Assembly (NCBI RefSeq): GCF_000737315.1
Contig: NZ_JMCB01000001.1
Coordinates: forward strand, 248,001 to 312,000
Direction: 5' to 3'
Length of the DNA: 64,000 nucleotides
From: Hyalangium minutum
GTDB taxonomy: Bacteria; Myxococcota; Myxococcia; Myxococcales; Myxococcaceae
This document shows positions 48,858-57,900 of this stretch, one piece after another. The stretch's first letter is position 1; each line of letters starts with the position of its first letter. The position numbers and the translations under genes are program-made. Under the pieces are notes generated by a model. The model saw nothing but the letters and a program-made list of their open reading frames with translations, made no database searches and was not told the origin of the DNA.

Positions 48858-50711
48858 ATGACACTTCCGGCAGCCCTCTCGCCCCCCTCTGGCCTGCCTG
48901 CTCAAGAGGGAATGGCAATCTTTGACGCCTCCGGCCGGCTCACGGAGTGCAGCGCTGAGTTCGCTCAGTTGCTCGGAGAGAATCCTCAGAAGCTCCTCGG
49001 CCGCGCGTATGAGGAGCTCCCTCTCTCCTCGGGCTCCCCCGCCCCGGCGCTGATCCGGCAGGCACGAGAGACGGGGAGAGCCGCCTCCCAGAACCTCGTG
49101 GTGCGTGACACCCTCCTGCGCGTCAGCGCCCAGCCGCTCCTGGCTCGGGAGGGCGGCGCGCCCCAGGTGGCCGTGACCCTCCTGGCGCTCGCACAAGAGC
49201 AGGCACCGCGGGAGCGCATGCAGCAGCTCGAGACGGATCTCGCCCGGTTCCGCTCGCTGTTCGAGAACCTGCCGCTGATCTTCTGGACCGTCCAGCAGGA
49301 CGGCACGCCTGACTACATCAACTGGTTCTGGTTCGCGTTCACGGGCCTCTCTCCGGGCCAGGCGGATGGCGAGGCGTGGAAGAAAGTCACCCATCCCGAG
49401 GATCTCCCCGAGTTCGTCCGCCGATGGGGTCACAGCCTGGCCACCGGCGAACCCTGCGAGCTGGAGTGCCGCTTCCGCCGTCACGATGGAGCCTGGATCT
49501 GGCACCGTGTTCGCGCCTTCCCGCTGCGCGATGCCGAGGGCCGCATCCTCTCGTGGATTGGCTGCAGCACGGACATCCAGGAGAGCCGGAACGCCGTCGA
49601 GCGGGCGGAGGAGGAGCGGCGCAAGGCGGAGCAGGTGCGCGCGGCACTCGACACCTTCTTCGATGCCGTCCCAGCGGGCATGGCGCTCTTCGACGAGAAC
49701 CTGCGCTACACGCGCATCAACCGCCCCCTGGCGGAGATGAACGGCCTGTCCGTCGAGGCCCACATCGGGCACACGCCGCGCGAGCTGTTCCCGAACCTGT
49801 CCCCCCACCCGGAGGACCTCTTCCGACAGGTCCTCACCACGGGGGAGACGGTCACCTTCGAGAGCACCGGCAACTCGCAGGCCAGCGGCGAGGAGGGCAC
49901 CTGGCTGGCGTGCACGGCACCGGTGTGTGCACCCGATGGCCACCGACTGGGCGTGGTCATCGTGATCCTGGATATCTCGCACCGCAAGCGCGCCGAGGCC
50001 GAGCGCGATCGGCTCATTGCCGCGCTCGAGCGCAGCAACAAGGAGCTCGATCAGTTCGCCTATGTGGCGAGCCACGATCTCAAGGCCCCTCTGCGGGGCA
50101 TCACCAACCTGGCGCAATGGATTGGAGATGACCTGAAGGACATCATGCCCGACGAGACACGCGGGCAGATGCGGCTGCTGACGGGGCGGGTCCACCGGAT
50201 GGAGGCGCTCATCAACGGCATCCTCGACTACAGCCGCGCCGGCCGGGTGCGCGACAAGCCCGAGAGCGTCGACGTGGGCGCGCTGCTGAACGAGACCATC
50301 GAGCTGCTCTCGCCAGCGCCTCCCGCCTCCATCCAGGTGGAGACCCGCATGCCCGTGCTGCACTGCGAGCGGGTGCCGTTCCAGCAGATCTTCCTCAACC
50401 TCATCAGCAACGCGCTCAAGCACGCCATGCGCCCGGATGCGCTCGTGCGAGTGCGTTGCTCCGAGACGGCCAACGGCTGGGAGTTCGCCGTCGCCGACAA
50501 CGGACCTGGCATTGCTCCCGAGTACCACGAGCGGATCTGGGGAATCTTCCAGACGCTGCGGGCGAGGGATCAGGTCGAGGGGACAGGCATCGGCCTGTCG
50601 GTGGTCAAGAAGATCGTGGAGGCCCGCGGAGGCTCCGTCCGGGTGGAGTCCGCCGAGGGCCAGGGCGCCACCTTCTTCTTCACCTGGCCCACATCCACCC
50701 CCAAGAAGTGA
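48858..50711 (+). CDS. Multi-PAS sensor histidine kinase
   Basis: PAS domains (YINWFW...HPEDL; INRPLAEMNG), VASHDLKAPLRGI, NALKH, DNGPGI, GTGIGL. Confidence 0.95.
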   Translation: MTLPAALSPPSGLPAQEGMAIFDASGRLTECSAEFAQLLGENPQKLLGRAYEELPLSSGSPAPALIRQARETGRAASQNLVVRDTLLRVSAQPLLAREGGAPQVAVTLLALAQEQAPRERMQQLETDLARFRSLFENLPLIFWTVQQDGTPDYINWFWFAFTGLSPGQADGEAWKKVTHPEDLPEFVRRWGHSLATGEPCELECRFRRHDGAWIWHRVRAFPLRDAEGRILSWIGCSTDIQESRNAVERAEEERRKAEQVRAALDTFFDAVPAGMALFDENLRYTRINRPLAEMNGLSVEAHIGHTPRELFPNLSPHPEDLFRQVLTTGETVTFESTGNSQASGEEGTWLACTAPVCAPDGHRLGVVIVILDISHRKRAEAERDRLIAALERSNKELDQFAYVASHDLKAPLRGITNLAQWIGDDLKDIMPDETRGQMRLLTGRVHRMEALINGILDYSRAGRVRDKPESVDVGALLNETIELLSPAPPASIQVETRMPVLHCERVPFQQIFLNLISNALKHAMRPDALVRVRCSETANGWEFAVADNGPGIAPEYHERIWGIFQTLRARDQVEGTGIGLSVVKKIVEARGGSVRVESAEGQGATFFFTWPTSTPKK

Positions 50712-50726
50712 ACCGGAGTCCCTCTC

Positions 50727-51137
50727 ATGCGAACCCTGAATATTCTGCTCGTTGAAGACGATGAAGTGGACGTGATGAACGTCCAGCGGTCGTTCAAGAA
50801 GAACAACATCAGCAACCCCCTCTATGTCGCGGGCAATGGCGTCGAGGCGCTGGAGATGCTGAGGAGCGGCTCGGTGCCCTCTACGAATCGGCTCATCCTG
50901 CTGGACATCAACATGCCGAAGATGAACGGCATTGAGTTCCTGCGGGCCTTGCGCGCGGACCCTGCGCTCCGCACGAGCCCGGTGGTGGTGCTCACCACCT
51001 CCAACGACGACAAGGACCGGATGGAGAGCTTTCAGCTCAACGTGGCGGGCTACCTGCTCAAACCGGTGACCTTCAACTCGTTCGTGGATCTGATGCTGGC
51101 CCTCAACAAGTACTGGATGCTGGTGGAGATGCCCTGA
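50727..51137 (+). CDS. Single-domain response regulator (Rcp1-like)
   Basis: LLVEDDEVD, LLDINMPKMNG, VVLTTS, YLLKP. Confidence 0.95.
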   Translation: MRTLNILLVEDDEVDVMNVQRSFKKNNISNPLYVAGNGVEALEMLRSGSVPSTNRLILLDINMPKMNGIEFLRALRADPALRTSPVVVLTTSNDDKDRMESFQLNVAGYLLKPVTFNSFVDLMLALNKYWMLVEMP

Positions 51138-51241
51138 GACAGGGAGCCCGCGGAGGATGCTGCGCGGCACTGGTAGCCCTGCTTGTCAATTCAACAAAGA
51201 TCTCAATTCTTCACGGCGGAGGCGCTTCGCCCGGTGAGCAG

Positions 51242-51464
51242 GTGCCTCCCAACCAGTGGCATTTCAACGCGGCGGATCGCGCGTTCGAGCAGAAGGTCGT
51301 CGGGTATTGGTTTCCAGTTCGCGCGCTCTGGGGAGCCCACCGCCAACAAGAGCACGGAGTGGCCGGCGCATACGGCGGATCAAGACCAGGCCCAGAAGGA
51401 CTTCATGAAGGCTCGCCTGGACGTCTTCGCGCTCGTCGGCAACCTCGGCAACATCATCAGCTAG
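51242..51464 (+). pseudogene. Unidentified degraded gene fragment
   Basis: Two GC3-biased stretches in different frames (PPNQWHFNAADRAFEQKVVGYWF; EPTANKSTEWP...KDFMKARLDVFALVGNLGNIIS*). Confidence 0.25.
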
Positions 51465-51569
51465 CCATCGGTAAGAGCCAGCCCCCTGGAGATCTTCTCC
51501 CTGGGCTGGATCCAGGAAGCAGCGCCCCCGTTCTCGCGGGGGCTGTCCACTGTACGTTACGCTGAGAGC

Positions 51570-52568
51570 ATGCACCTGCGATGGATGACTCTCGGCCTGA
51601 TCGTGTGGGCCTGGGCCTGGCCCACCTCCTCAGAGGCTTGCAGTTGCGAGACAGGCTCACCGGACCTCCTCACGAACCTTCGAGAGGCACGTGAAGAGGC
51701 CTCCACGATCTACTACGGCCGCGTCGTGTCGATCGATGAATCCCTTGTCGCATCAGTCGAGGTGCTCGAGGTCTTCAAGGGGAATCTCGCTGTCGGAACG
51801 AAGCTCTCGGTGTCATACGAGCACCCCTGCGCCTACCCCTTCGATTCCGGGGAGACCACGCTGATCTACGCGGACGAAGACCCTTCGCAGGTGTTCTTGT
51901 GCACTCGGACCCGGCGTGCATCGAAAGACGATGTCGAACTCGAATGGCTGCGGACAGGGAAACCGCCGGCCGTCCCCGTCGCACTGCAGCGCGAGACGGT
52001 GGCCTGCCAATCTTGCAGCCTGGAGACTGTCACCGCGTCCCTTGTGGGACCTCTGTCTGGAGACTCCAGAAACTCGCCTCTACCGAGCCAGCAACCACTC
52101 GAGGCCTTCCGCGAGGTCCGCCCTTTCTGGACGGCAAGCCCTTCACGTCTGGATGACAACGGCCGACGGACAGCCGTCGGGCTCTCGTCCGATCTCCGTG
52201 CCTTCGAGCTCGTTCAGACGCCGTACCGCACCACGCGAGAAGCATGTCAGCAACGTGTGGTCAGGCGGTGGTGCGAGAAGCTGGAACCCTCCCCTGAGGA
52301 GAGCTCCGGCGCTCCAGCACTCCGGTGTCTGAACCCCGGCCCGGAAGAAGAAGTCTGCAACGAGACGCAAAGCCGCGCCGCAAGCTGGGGCTCGCTGGAG
52401 AAGATCCGCGCCGCCAAGTGCATGTGGCGCAATCCCGTGAGCCCGTATTGCGAGCTGACGAAGCGTCCTCAGCCTCTTCCAGGGAGTGCTCGAAAATCCC
52501 CGCTCCTGCGCTGCAGCCCCGGGTTTGACACGAGGACCTCCTTCTGCAGCGTCCAGGACGCCCCCTGA
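51570..52568 (+). CDS. Secreted Cys-rich protein with TIMP/NTR-like N-terminal domain
   Basis: Signal peptide ending SEA then CSC; TIYYGRVVSI...VEVLEVFKG...CAYPFDSGETTLIYA...CTRTR. Confidence 0.75.
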   Translation: MHLRWMTLGLIVWAWAWPTSSEACSCETGSPDLLTNLREAREEASTIYYGRVVSIDESLVASVEVLEVFKGNLAVGTKLSVSYEHPCAYPFDSGETTLIYADEDPSQVFLCTRTRRASKDDVELEWLRTGKPPAVPVALQRETVACQSCSLETVTASLVGPLSGDSRNSPLPSQQPLEAFREVRPFWTASPSRLDDNGRRTAVGLSSDLRAFELVQTPYRTTREACQQRVVRRWCEKLEPSPEESSGAPALRCLNPGPEEEVCNETQSRAASWGSLEKIRAAKCMWRNPVSPYCELTKRPQPLPGSARKSPLLRCSPGFDTRTSFCSVQDAP

Positions 52569-52797
52569 TTGTGCCCTTCTCTCCTCCAATCGTGAGAGGA
52601 CAGCCGCCATCATGACCGACAGGAAATCCAGCATCTCGGCCAATGCCTGGACCGCCATGGCCGCCACGCCCGGCTCTATCTCTGGCGGGAGCGCCATCGT
52701 GGAGCTTCCACCGGTCGCGCCGTAGCGAAGGGGCACTTCTTCGTCAGGAGCGAACTCGGCTCAACGCGGCGGATTGTTCTATATAGAAGCGGCGGGA

Positions 52798-54294
52798 ATG
52801 GAACCTGCCGCTTGGAACTTCTGGCGAGAGCGATCCAACCCCCAGACTGGGCATCAGTGGAGTCTCTTCATGAACGTGTGCGGTGAAATCTTGCCGGGAC
52901 AGGCCATCCTGCAGCACTTTGTCGCGGAGAGTGACCACTTGAACGGCGTGTCCGTGCTGGTGGCCACCTACGGCGACACGAAGAAGACCAGCCACCTCCG
53001 GCTGGAGGTGCTCACGGAGGATGGGCACCGACTGCTCGGCAGCAGGACCGTAGGGCTGGAGGGTGTCTACGACAACGCGTTCGTCGAGGTCTTCTTCGAC
53101 GCGCAGGAGCGATCACGCGGCAACGCGTACGTGCTGCGTGTCACCTCCGAGGATGCCTCCCACGGCAACGCGGCGACGCTCTATCTCATCGACGGCCCCG
53201 AGCGCATCCCAGGACACACCCGGTGCCGAGTGGGCGAGGACGAGCTTGGCGCAGAGGGCCTCTTCGCCAAGCTGTCGTACGCGACACCGACCGTCGAGTC
53301 GTCCGTCCCCCCGAACCTCGAAATCAGCACGGTGACGCAGTGCAACCTCAACTGCGTGCACTGCATCTCGCGTGAGACCCGCAAGCAGGTCAAGCGGCTG
53401 CCGCCCCACATGCGCGCGGAAATCTCCGGCTGGGCGCGCGAGGGGAAGCTCCGGACCACCTACGCTGACTTCAGCGGCGACGTGCTCTGGGCCGACCAGC
53501 GCTACGGCGGCGAGCTCGACTTCCTCCTCAGCCTCGACGTGCCGTTCCACCTCGACACCAACGGGGCGCTCCTGACGGCCGAGGTGGCGGACCGGCTGCT
53601 GAAGTCCCGCATCACCTCCATCAACGTGTCGCTCGACGCGGCGGAGGACGCGACGTATCGCCGCATCCGCCGGGGCGCCCCCCCGCTCGAGACCGTGCTC
53701 GGCAACATGCGCACGCTCGTCGCGCGCCGCGAGCTGCACGGACGCCGCGACGTGGCCCTCTCCACGGGGTTCGTTCTGATGCGCTCCAACATCGAGGAGC
53801 TGCCGCGCTTCGTGGAACTCACCCACGGTGCGGGCTTCGATACGGTGAGGGCCATCCATCTCCAGGCCTACACCGAGGACATGGTGCCGGAGAGCCTCTG
53901 GTTCCACCAGACGCTCTTCAACACTCAGCGGGAGCTCGCAATCGAGGCCGCGCAGCGTCTCGGCGTGACGCTCTTCATCGACCGTCCGTTCTGCGACCGC
54001 GAGCCCCAGGTGGGGACCTCGCTGTGTCGCATGCCGTGGGAGGCGGCGTACTTGCTGGGCAACGGCGACGTGCTGGCCTGCTGCGTGCCCGGGCTCAAGA
54101 TGGGCAATCTCCACGAGCAGACGATGGAGGAGATATGGAACGGCGAGCGCTACCGCGAGCTGCGCAGGACGGTGAACTCCGACCAGCGCCCGGCAGCGTG
54201 CCGGGCATGCCCCTTCCACCGGAAGACCAACAACCCGCTGAGCTACATGCCTTGCCGCTCCGCCGAGGACGCTCCTCCGGCCCCGACACAGTGA
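52798..54294 (+). CDS. Radical SAM protein with Twitch/SPASM C-terminus and a ~170-aa N-terminal beta domain
   Basis: CNLNCVHC, DTNG, INVSLDA, IRRG; CRMPW...GNGDVLACC...CRACPF. Alternative TTG start at 52774. Confidence 0.92.
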   Translation: MEPAAWNFWRERSNPQTGHQWSLFMNVCGEILPGQAILQHFVAESDHLNGVSVLVATYGDTKKTSHLRLEVLTEDGHRLLGSRTVGLEGVYDNAFVEVFFDAQERSRGNAYVLRVTSEDASHGNAATLYLIDGPERIPGHTRCRVGEDELGAEGLFAKLSYATPTVESSVPPNLEISTVTQCNLNCVHCISRETRKQVKRLPPHMRAEISGWAREGKLRTTYADFSGDVLWADQRYGGELDFLLSLDVPFHLDTNGALLTAEVADRLLKSRITSINVSLDAAEDATYRRIRRGAPPLETVLGNMRTLVARRELHGRRDVALSTGFVLMRSNIEELPRFVELTHGAGFDTVRAIHLQAYTEDMVPESLWFHQTLFNTQRELAIEAAQRLGVTLFIDRPFCDREPQVGTSLCRMPWEAAYLLGNGDVLACCVPGLKMGNLHEQTMEEIWNGERYRELRRTVNSDQRPAACRACPFHRKTNNPLSYMPCRSAEDAPPAPTQ

Positions 54295-54306
54295 GATCGA
54301 GCCGGC

Positions 54307-54951
54307 TCACGGCACCGGGTGGGGCCGCAGCACGGCCCGGGCCGGGGCTCCATCTCCGCCCGCGATGCGCAGCGGGAGGCAGATCAGCTCGTATGTCCCT
54401 TCCCTCACCTGCAAGAGGTTGAGCCCCTCGATGACCCAGATACCCGCCTGGAGCAAGGCGAGGTGGGTCTCCTCCGCGTCCTCCCGGAAGCCACCGACGG
54501 ACAGGTAGTCCACGCCCACCGTCTGCACCCGGCACTCCGCCAGGTAGGCCGCCGCCTCCCGGGAGATGAAGACGAAGTCCTCGATGAAGGCATCCGTCTG
54601 CCAGCAGCGCTCCGAGTTGCGTGTGCGAAACAGCACCCGCTCCCCCGGCTGGAGCTTCGCGGGCTCCAGCTCCGCGCGTTTGATGGACACCGGATCCCGG
54701 ATCTCGATCACCCGCGCGAGCCCCAGGGTGGCCTCGAGTGGCATCTGATCGATGCCCACGCCCCCGCGCTGGAAGTGCGCGGGCGCATCCATGTGCGTCC
54801 CGGTATGAACCCCCATCGACATGGACGAGACCGAGGCGACATCCCCGCGCTCCAGATCCATCACCCGCTCGATCTTCACCGGCGGGTTGTCCGGCCAGTG
54901 CACCATGCCGGTGCGAAGCGGGACCGACACGTCAATCCAGTCTGTGCTCAT
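54307..54951 (-). CDS. Cyclase family protein (kynurenine formamidase-like metal hydrolase)
   Basis: IDVSVPL, HTGTHMDAPAH, VGVDYLS, IEGL, DGAPARAV. Confidence 0.92.
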   Translation of the reverse strand: MSTDWIDVSVPLRTGMVHWPDNPPVKIERVMDLERGDVASVSSMSMGVHTGTHMDAPAHFQRGGVGIDQMPLEATLGLARVIEIRDPVSIKRAELEPAKLQPGERVLFRTRNSERCWQTDAFIEDFVFISREAAAYLAECRVQTVGVDYLSVGGFREDAEETHLALLQAGIWVIEGLNLLQVREGTYELICLPLRIAGGDGAPARAVLRPHPVP

Positions 54952-54971
54952 GGACGGGGTTGTAGCGGAAC

Positions 54972-57005
54972 TCAGCCGCATCCGCCCGAGACCGACGTCT
55001 CAGCCAGCTGTGGCACTGTCGCCGGGTGGGCGTAAGACAGCCCGTAGCCCAGCGGGAACAGCGGCGCGTAGTTGGCGTCGCCCACGTTTACCGGCGTCTG
55101 GCAGGCCGCCTTCGGCCATGAAAACGACAGCTTGCCCGTGAAGTCTTTGTGGATGTTGCCGCTCGCATCGCGGAACAGCACGTCGGACACGCCCTTGCCC
55201 TCCGTCCCCGGCAGCCAGGCCGCCACGAATGCATCCGAGCGGTTCAGCAGGTTGTTCACGTACAGCGGCCGGCCCGAGAGGAACACCGTGATGACCGGCT
55301 TGCCCTTGCCCGTCACCCCCTTGAGCACCGAGAGGTCCTCCGCATAGCGGCTGGAGTGCTCCAGCGTCTGCGTGGGGCCGATGTCGCCATTGCCCTCGGC
55401 ATAGGGCGTCTCTCCCACCACCGCGATGACCGCGTCGAAGTTGGCGACCTGGACGCCGCGTCCGTTCGAGCTGTACGTCACGTTGGCCGCCCCGGCCGCT
55501 TCCCGGATGCCGGCGAGGATCGTGTCGCCATTCGGGAAGTCCGCGTTGCTGTTGCCCGTGCCCTGCCACGTGAGCGTCCAGCCGCCCGTCTGGTTCGGCA
55601 TGCTGTCGGCGCTCTTGCCCACCACGAGGATCTTCTTGCCCCGCGCCAGCGGCAGCACGTTGCCATTGTTCTTCAGCAGGACCAGGGACTTCTGCACGGC
55701 CTCGCGGGCCAGGGGACGCGCCTGCAGCGCCGCCGCGTTCCCCGCATCCAGCCGCTGCGACGGCTTCCGGCCCGAGAACAGCCCGGCCCGCATCTTCACC
55801 CGTAGAATGCGCGTCACCGCGTCATCGATGCGCGACAGGGGGATCTGCCCGGACTGCACCTGCGCGAGGGTATTCGTAATGAAGGCCTTCCAGTCGGTCG
55901 GCACCATCACCATGTCGATGCCCGCGTTGATCGCCTGAGGGCAGCTCGAGTTGGTACACCCGGGCACCTGGGCGATGCCGTTCCAGTCCGAGACCACGAA
56001 CCCATCGAAGCCCAGCTTCCCCTTCAGCACCTCGGTCAGCATGTACTGGCTGCCGTGCATCTTCCCAGCGTTGATGCCCTGGCTCGGATTGCTCCAGCTG
56101 CTGAAGGAGGCCATGACCGTCTGCGCCCCCGCAGCCAGAGCGCTGTAGTACCCCTGGCCATGGATGTTGATCATGTCCGACAGGGAGCACGTGGTGACGC
56201 CCTGATCGTCGCCCTTGTCCGTGCCTCCATCGCCCATGAAGTGCTTGGCCGTCACCAGCAGGTTGGCCTCGCTGGAGAAGGTGCCCTGGAAGCCCGTCAC
56301 GATCTGCCCGGCGTACTCATTGACGATCGCAGGATCCTCGGAGAAGCCCTCGTAGCTGCGGCCCCAGCGGTCATCCCGTACCACCGCGAGGGTCGGCGCG
56401 AAGGCCCAATCGATGCCCGTGGCCCGGACCGCCCGCGCGGTCGCGATGCCGATGCGCCGCACGAGCTCCGCGTCATGGGCCGCGCCCAGACCGATGTTGT
56501 GCGGGAACACCGTCGCGCCGTACACGTTGTTGTGGCCGTGCACCGCGTCGGTGCCCCAGATGATCGGGATCTTCACCGCCATGTTCGTGGCCAGCGACGC
56601 GTCGTAGAACGCATCCGCTCGCGCCACCCAGTCCGTCACGGCGGCGCGCTTGTTGTTGCCCGGCCACGAGCCACCGCCGTTCAACACCGAGCCGATGAAG
56701 TACTGCGTGACTTCGGCCGGGGTGATGCTCTGGATCTCCGCCTGGGTCATCTGCCCGACCTTCTGCGCGAGCGTCATCCCCGCGACGATCTGGGCGATCC
56801 GCGACTCCATCACCGGATCCTTCGGGATCGCGCTCGTGATGGAAGGCCAGTCCGTGTACGTGGCCAGGGGCTTGCTCGCGGTGGCCGGCGTAACAGGCGC
56901 TGGGCTCGGGGCCACATACGCGTCAGGACCACAGCTCAGGAGCGCTGCCGCCAGGGACATGCCGACGGCCTTCTTCAAAAAAGATGCTGCTCGCGTCCTG
57001 CGCAT
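54972..57005 (-). CDS. GH3 beta-glucosidase lipoprotein
   Basis: Lipobox LLSC; KVGQMTQ, DAVHGH, WGRSYEG, AKHF, FVVSDWNG, ETPYAEG, AWLPGTEG, GYGLSY. Confidence 0.95.
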   Translation of the reverse strand: MRRTRAASFLKKAVGMSLAAALLSCGPDAYVAPSPAPVTPATASKPLATYTDWPSITSAIPKDPVMESRIAQIVAGMTLAQKVGQMTQAEIQSITPAEVTQYFIGSVLNGGGSWPGNNKRAAVTDWVARADAFYDASLATNMAVKIPIIWGTDAVHGHNNVYGATVFPHNIGLGAAHDAELVRRIGIATARAVRATGIDWAFAPTLAVVRDDRWGRSYEGFSEDPAIVNEYAGQIVTGFQGTFSSEANLLVTAKHFMGDGGTDKGDDQGVTTCSLSDMINIHGQGYYSALAAGAQTVMASFSSWSNPSQGINAGKMHGSQYMLTEVLKGKLGFDGFVVSDWNGIAQVPGCTNSSCPQAINAGIDMVMVPTDWKAFITNTLAQVQSGQIPLSRIDDAVTRILRVKMRAGLFSGRKPSQRLDAGNAAALQARPLAREAVQKSLVLLKNNGNVLPLARGKKILVVGKSADSMPNQTGGWTLTWQGTGNSNADFPNGDTILAGIREAAGAANVTYSSNGRGVQVANFDAVIAVVGETPYAEGNGDIGPTQTLEHSSRYAEDLSVLKGVTGKGKPVITVFLSGRPLYVNNLLNRSDAFVAAWLPGTEGKGVSDVLFRDASGNIHKDFTGKLSFSWPKAACQTPVNVGDANYAPLFPLGYGLSYAHPATVPQLAETSVSGGCG

Positions 57006-57136
57006 GCCCGCTCTCCTGCTTCCTGAACAACCAGCTGAAGAGCAGATTCCATTCACCGGAAACCAGTCAATCCTGAATAACAAATGAAAACGCCATCACC
57101 AGAAAAACAGGACCGACGGGCGACGAACGTCGGGAC

Positions 57137-57173
57137 TTGCGCTGACTGACTGACCGGATTACTATTTTGGTCA
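57137..57173 (+). promoter_or_regulatory. sigma70-type promoter and palindromic operator directly before the TetR start
   Basis: TTGCGC (57137) - 17 nt - TACTAT (57160); TGACC-N13-GGTCA at 57151-57173 abuts the ATG. Confidence 0.65.
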
Positions 57174-57773
57174 ATGAGTTCCGACCCACGCACGGCCATC
57201 CTCAACGCCGCCGGTGAAGTCTTCGCCCGCTTCGGGTTCAAGAAGGCCTCCATGGAGGACATTGCCCGCCGCGCCGGCGTCGGCAAGGGCAGCATCTACC
57301 TCGACTTCGAGAGCAAGGAGGAGCTGTTCGAGGCGGCCGTCCGGCTCGCAACCGGGCAGGGGCTTGCCGAGCTTGAGTCGGCCGTGCGCCGGGCGCCCAC
57401 CCCTGAAGCCCAGATACGGGCGTATCTCCAGGGCAAGCTGCAGCAGAGTGCGCGCACGGTGGATGGGCAGCGCATTCAACTGGAGACCCTCTTCGAGCTC
57501 GGCACGCAGGCCATGCGCTTCCTGCCCGAGCTCCAGGAGAAGGAGGCGGCACTTGTCGCGCGCATCCTCTCCGAGGGCAATGCACAAGGAGCGTTTGCTG
57601 TCCCAGACCCCCAGCTGGTGGCCACGGGTCTCGTGGAGACCGTCACGTCGATCACCGTCAAGCTGATGACGCAGGACTCCAAGGTCCCGCTGGGAACCGC
57701 GCTGGAGGCCTACTTCGACGTCTTCATCCGAGGCCTCGCGCCTCCCGCTGTCACACCGCCCCCCAAGAGCTGA
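57174..57773 (+). CDS. TetR/AcrR family regulator
   Basis: ILNAAGEVFARFGFKKASMEDIARRAGVGKGSIYLDFESKEELF. Confidence 0.95.
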   Translation: MSSDPRTAILNAAGEVFARFGFKKASMEDIARRAGVGKGSIYLDFESKEELFEAAVRLATGQGLAELESAVRRAPTPEAQIRAYLQGKLQQSARTVDGQRIQLETLFELGTQAMRFLPELQEKEAALVARILSEGNAQGAFAVPDPQLVATGLVETVTSITVKLMTQDSKVPLGTALEAYFDVFIRGLAPPAVTPPPKS

Positions 57774-57823
57774 CCCCCTGCACCTCCACGCGAGCAGGCG
57801 TGAGGTGTTCGTTTGCCCAGAAC

Positions 57824-57847
57824 TGACCAGAAAAACCAATCCAGTCA
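57824..57847 (+). promoter_or_regulatory. Second candidate TetR operator upstream of the RND operon
   Basis: TGACCAGAAAAACCAATCCAGTCA resembles the reverse complement of the first site (TGACCAAAATAGTAATCCGGTCA). Confidence 0.55.
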
Positions 57848-57900
57848 CCGGGTCTTTATTCCTCCCCAAGGTGCCAGACCCCAGAAGCAGGAGTCCCGCA

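Noticed and set aside
52570-52700. Minus-strand peptide MALPPEIEPGVAAMAVQALAEMLDFLSVMMAAVLSRLEE as a regulator C-terminal fragment
   Set aside because: Its third codon positions coincide with the plus-strand small ORF, so coding signal cannot be assigned; no diagnostic motif.
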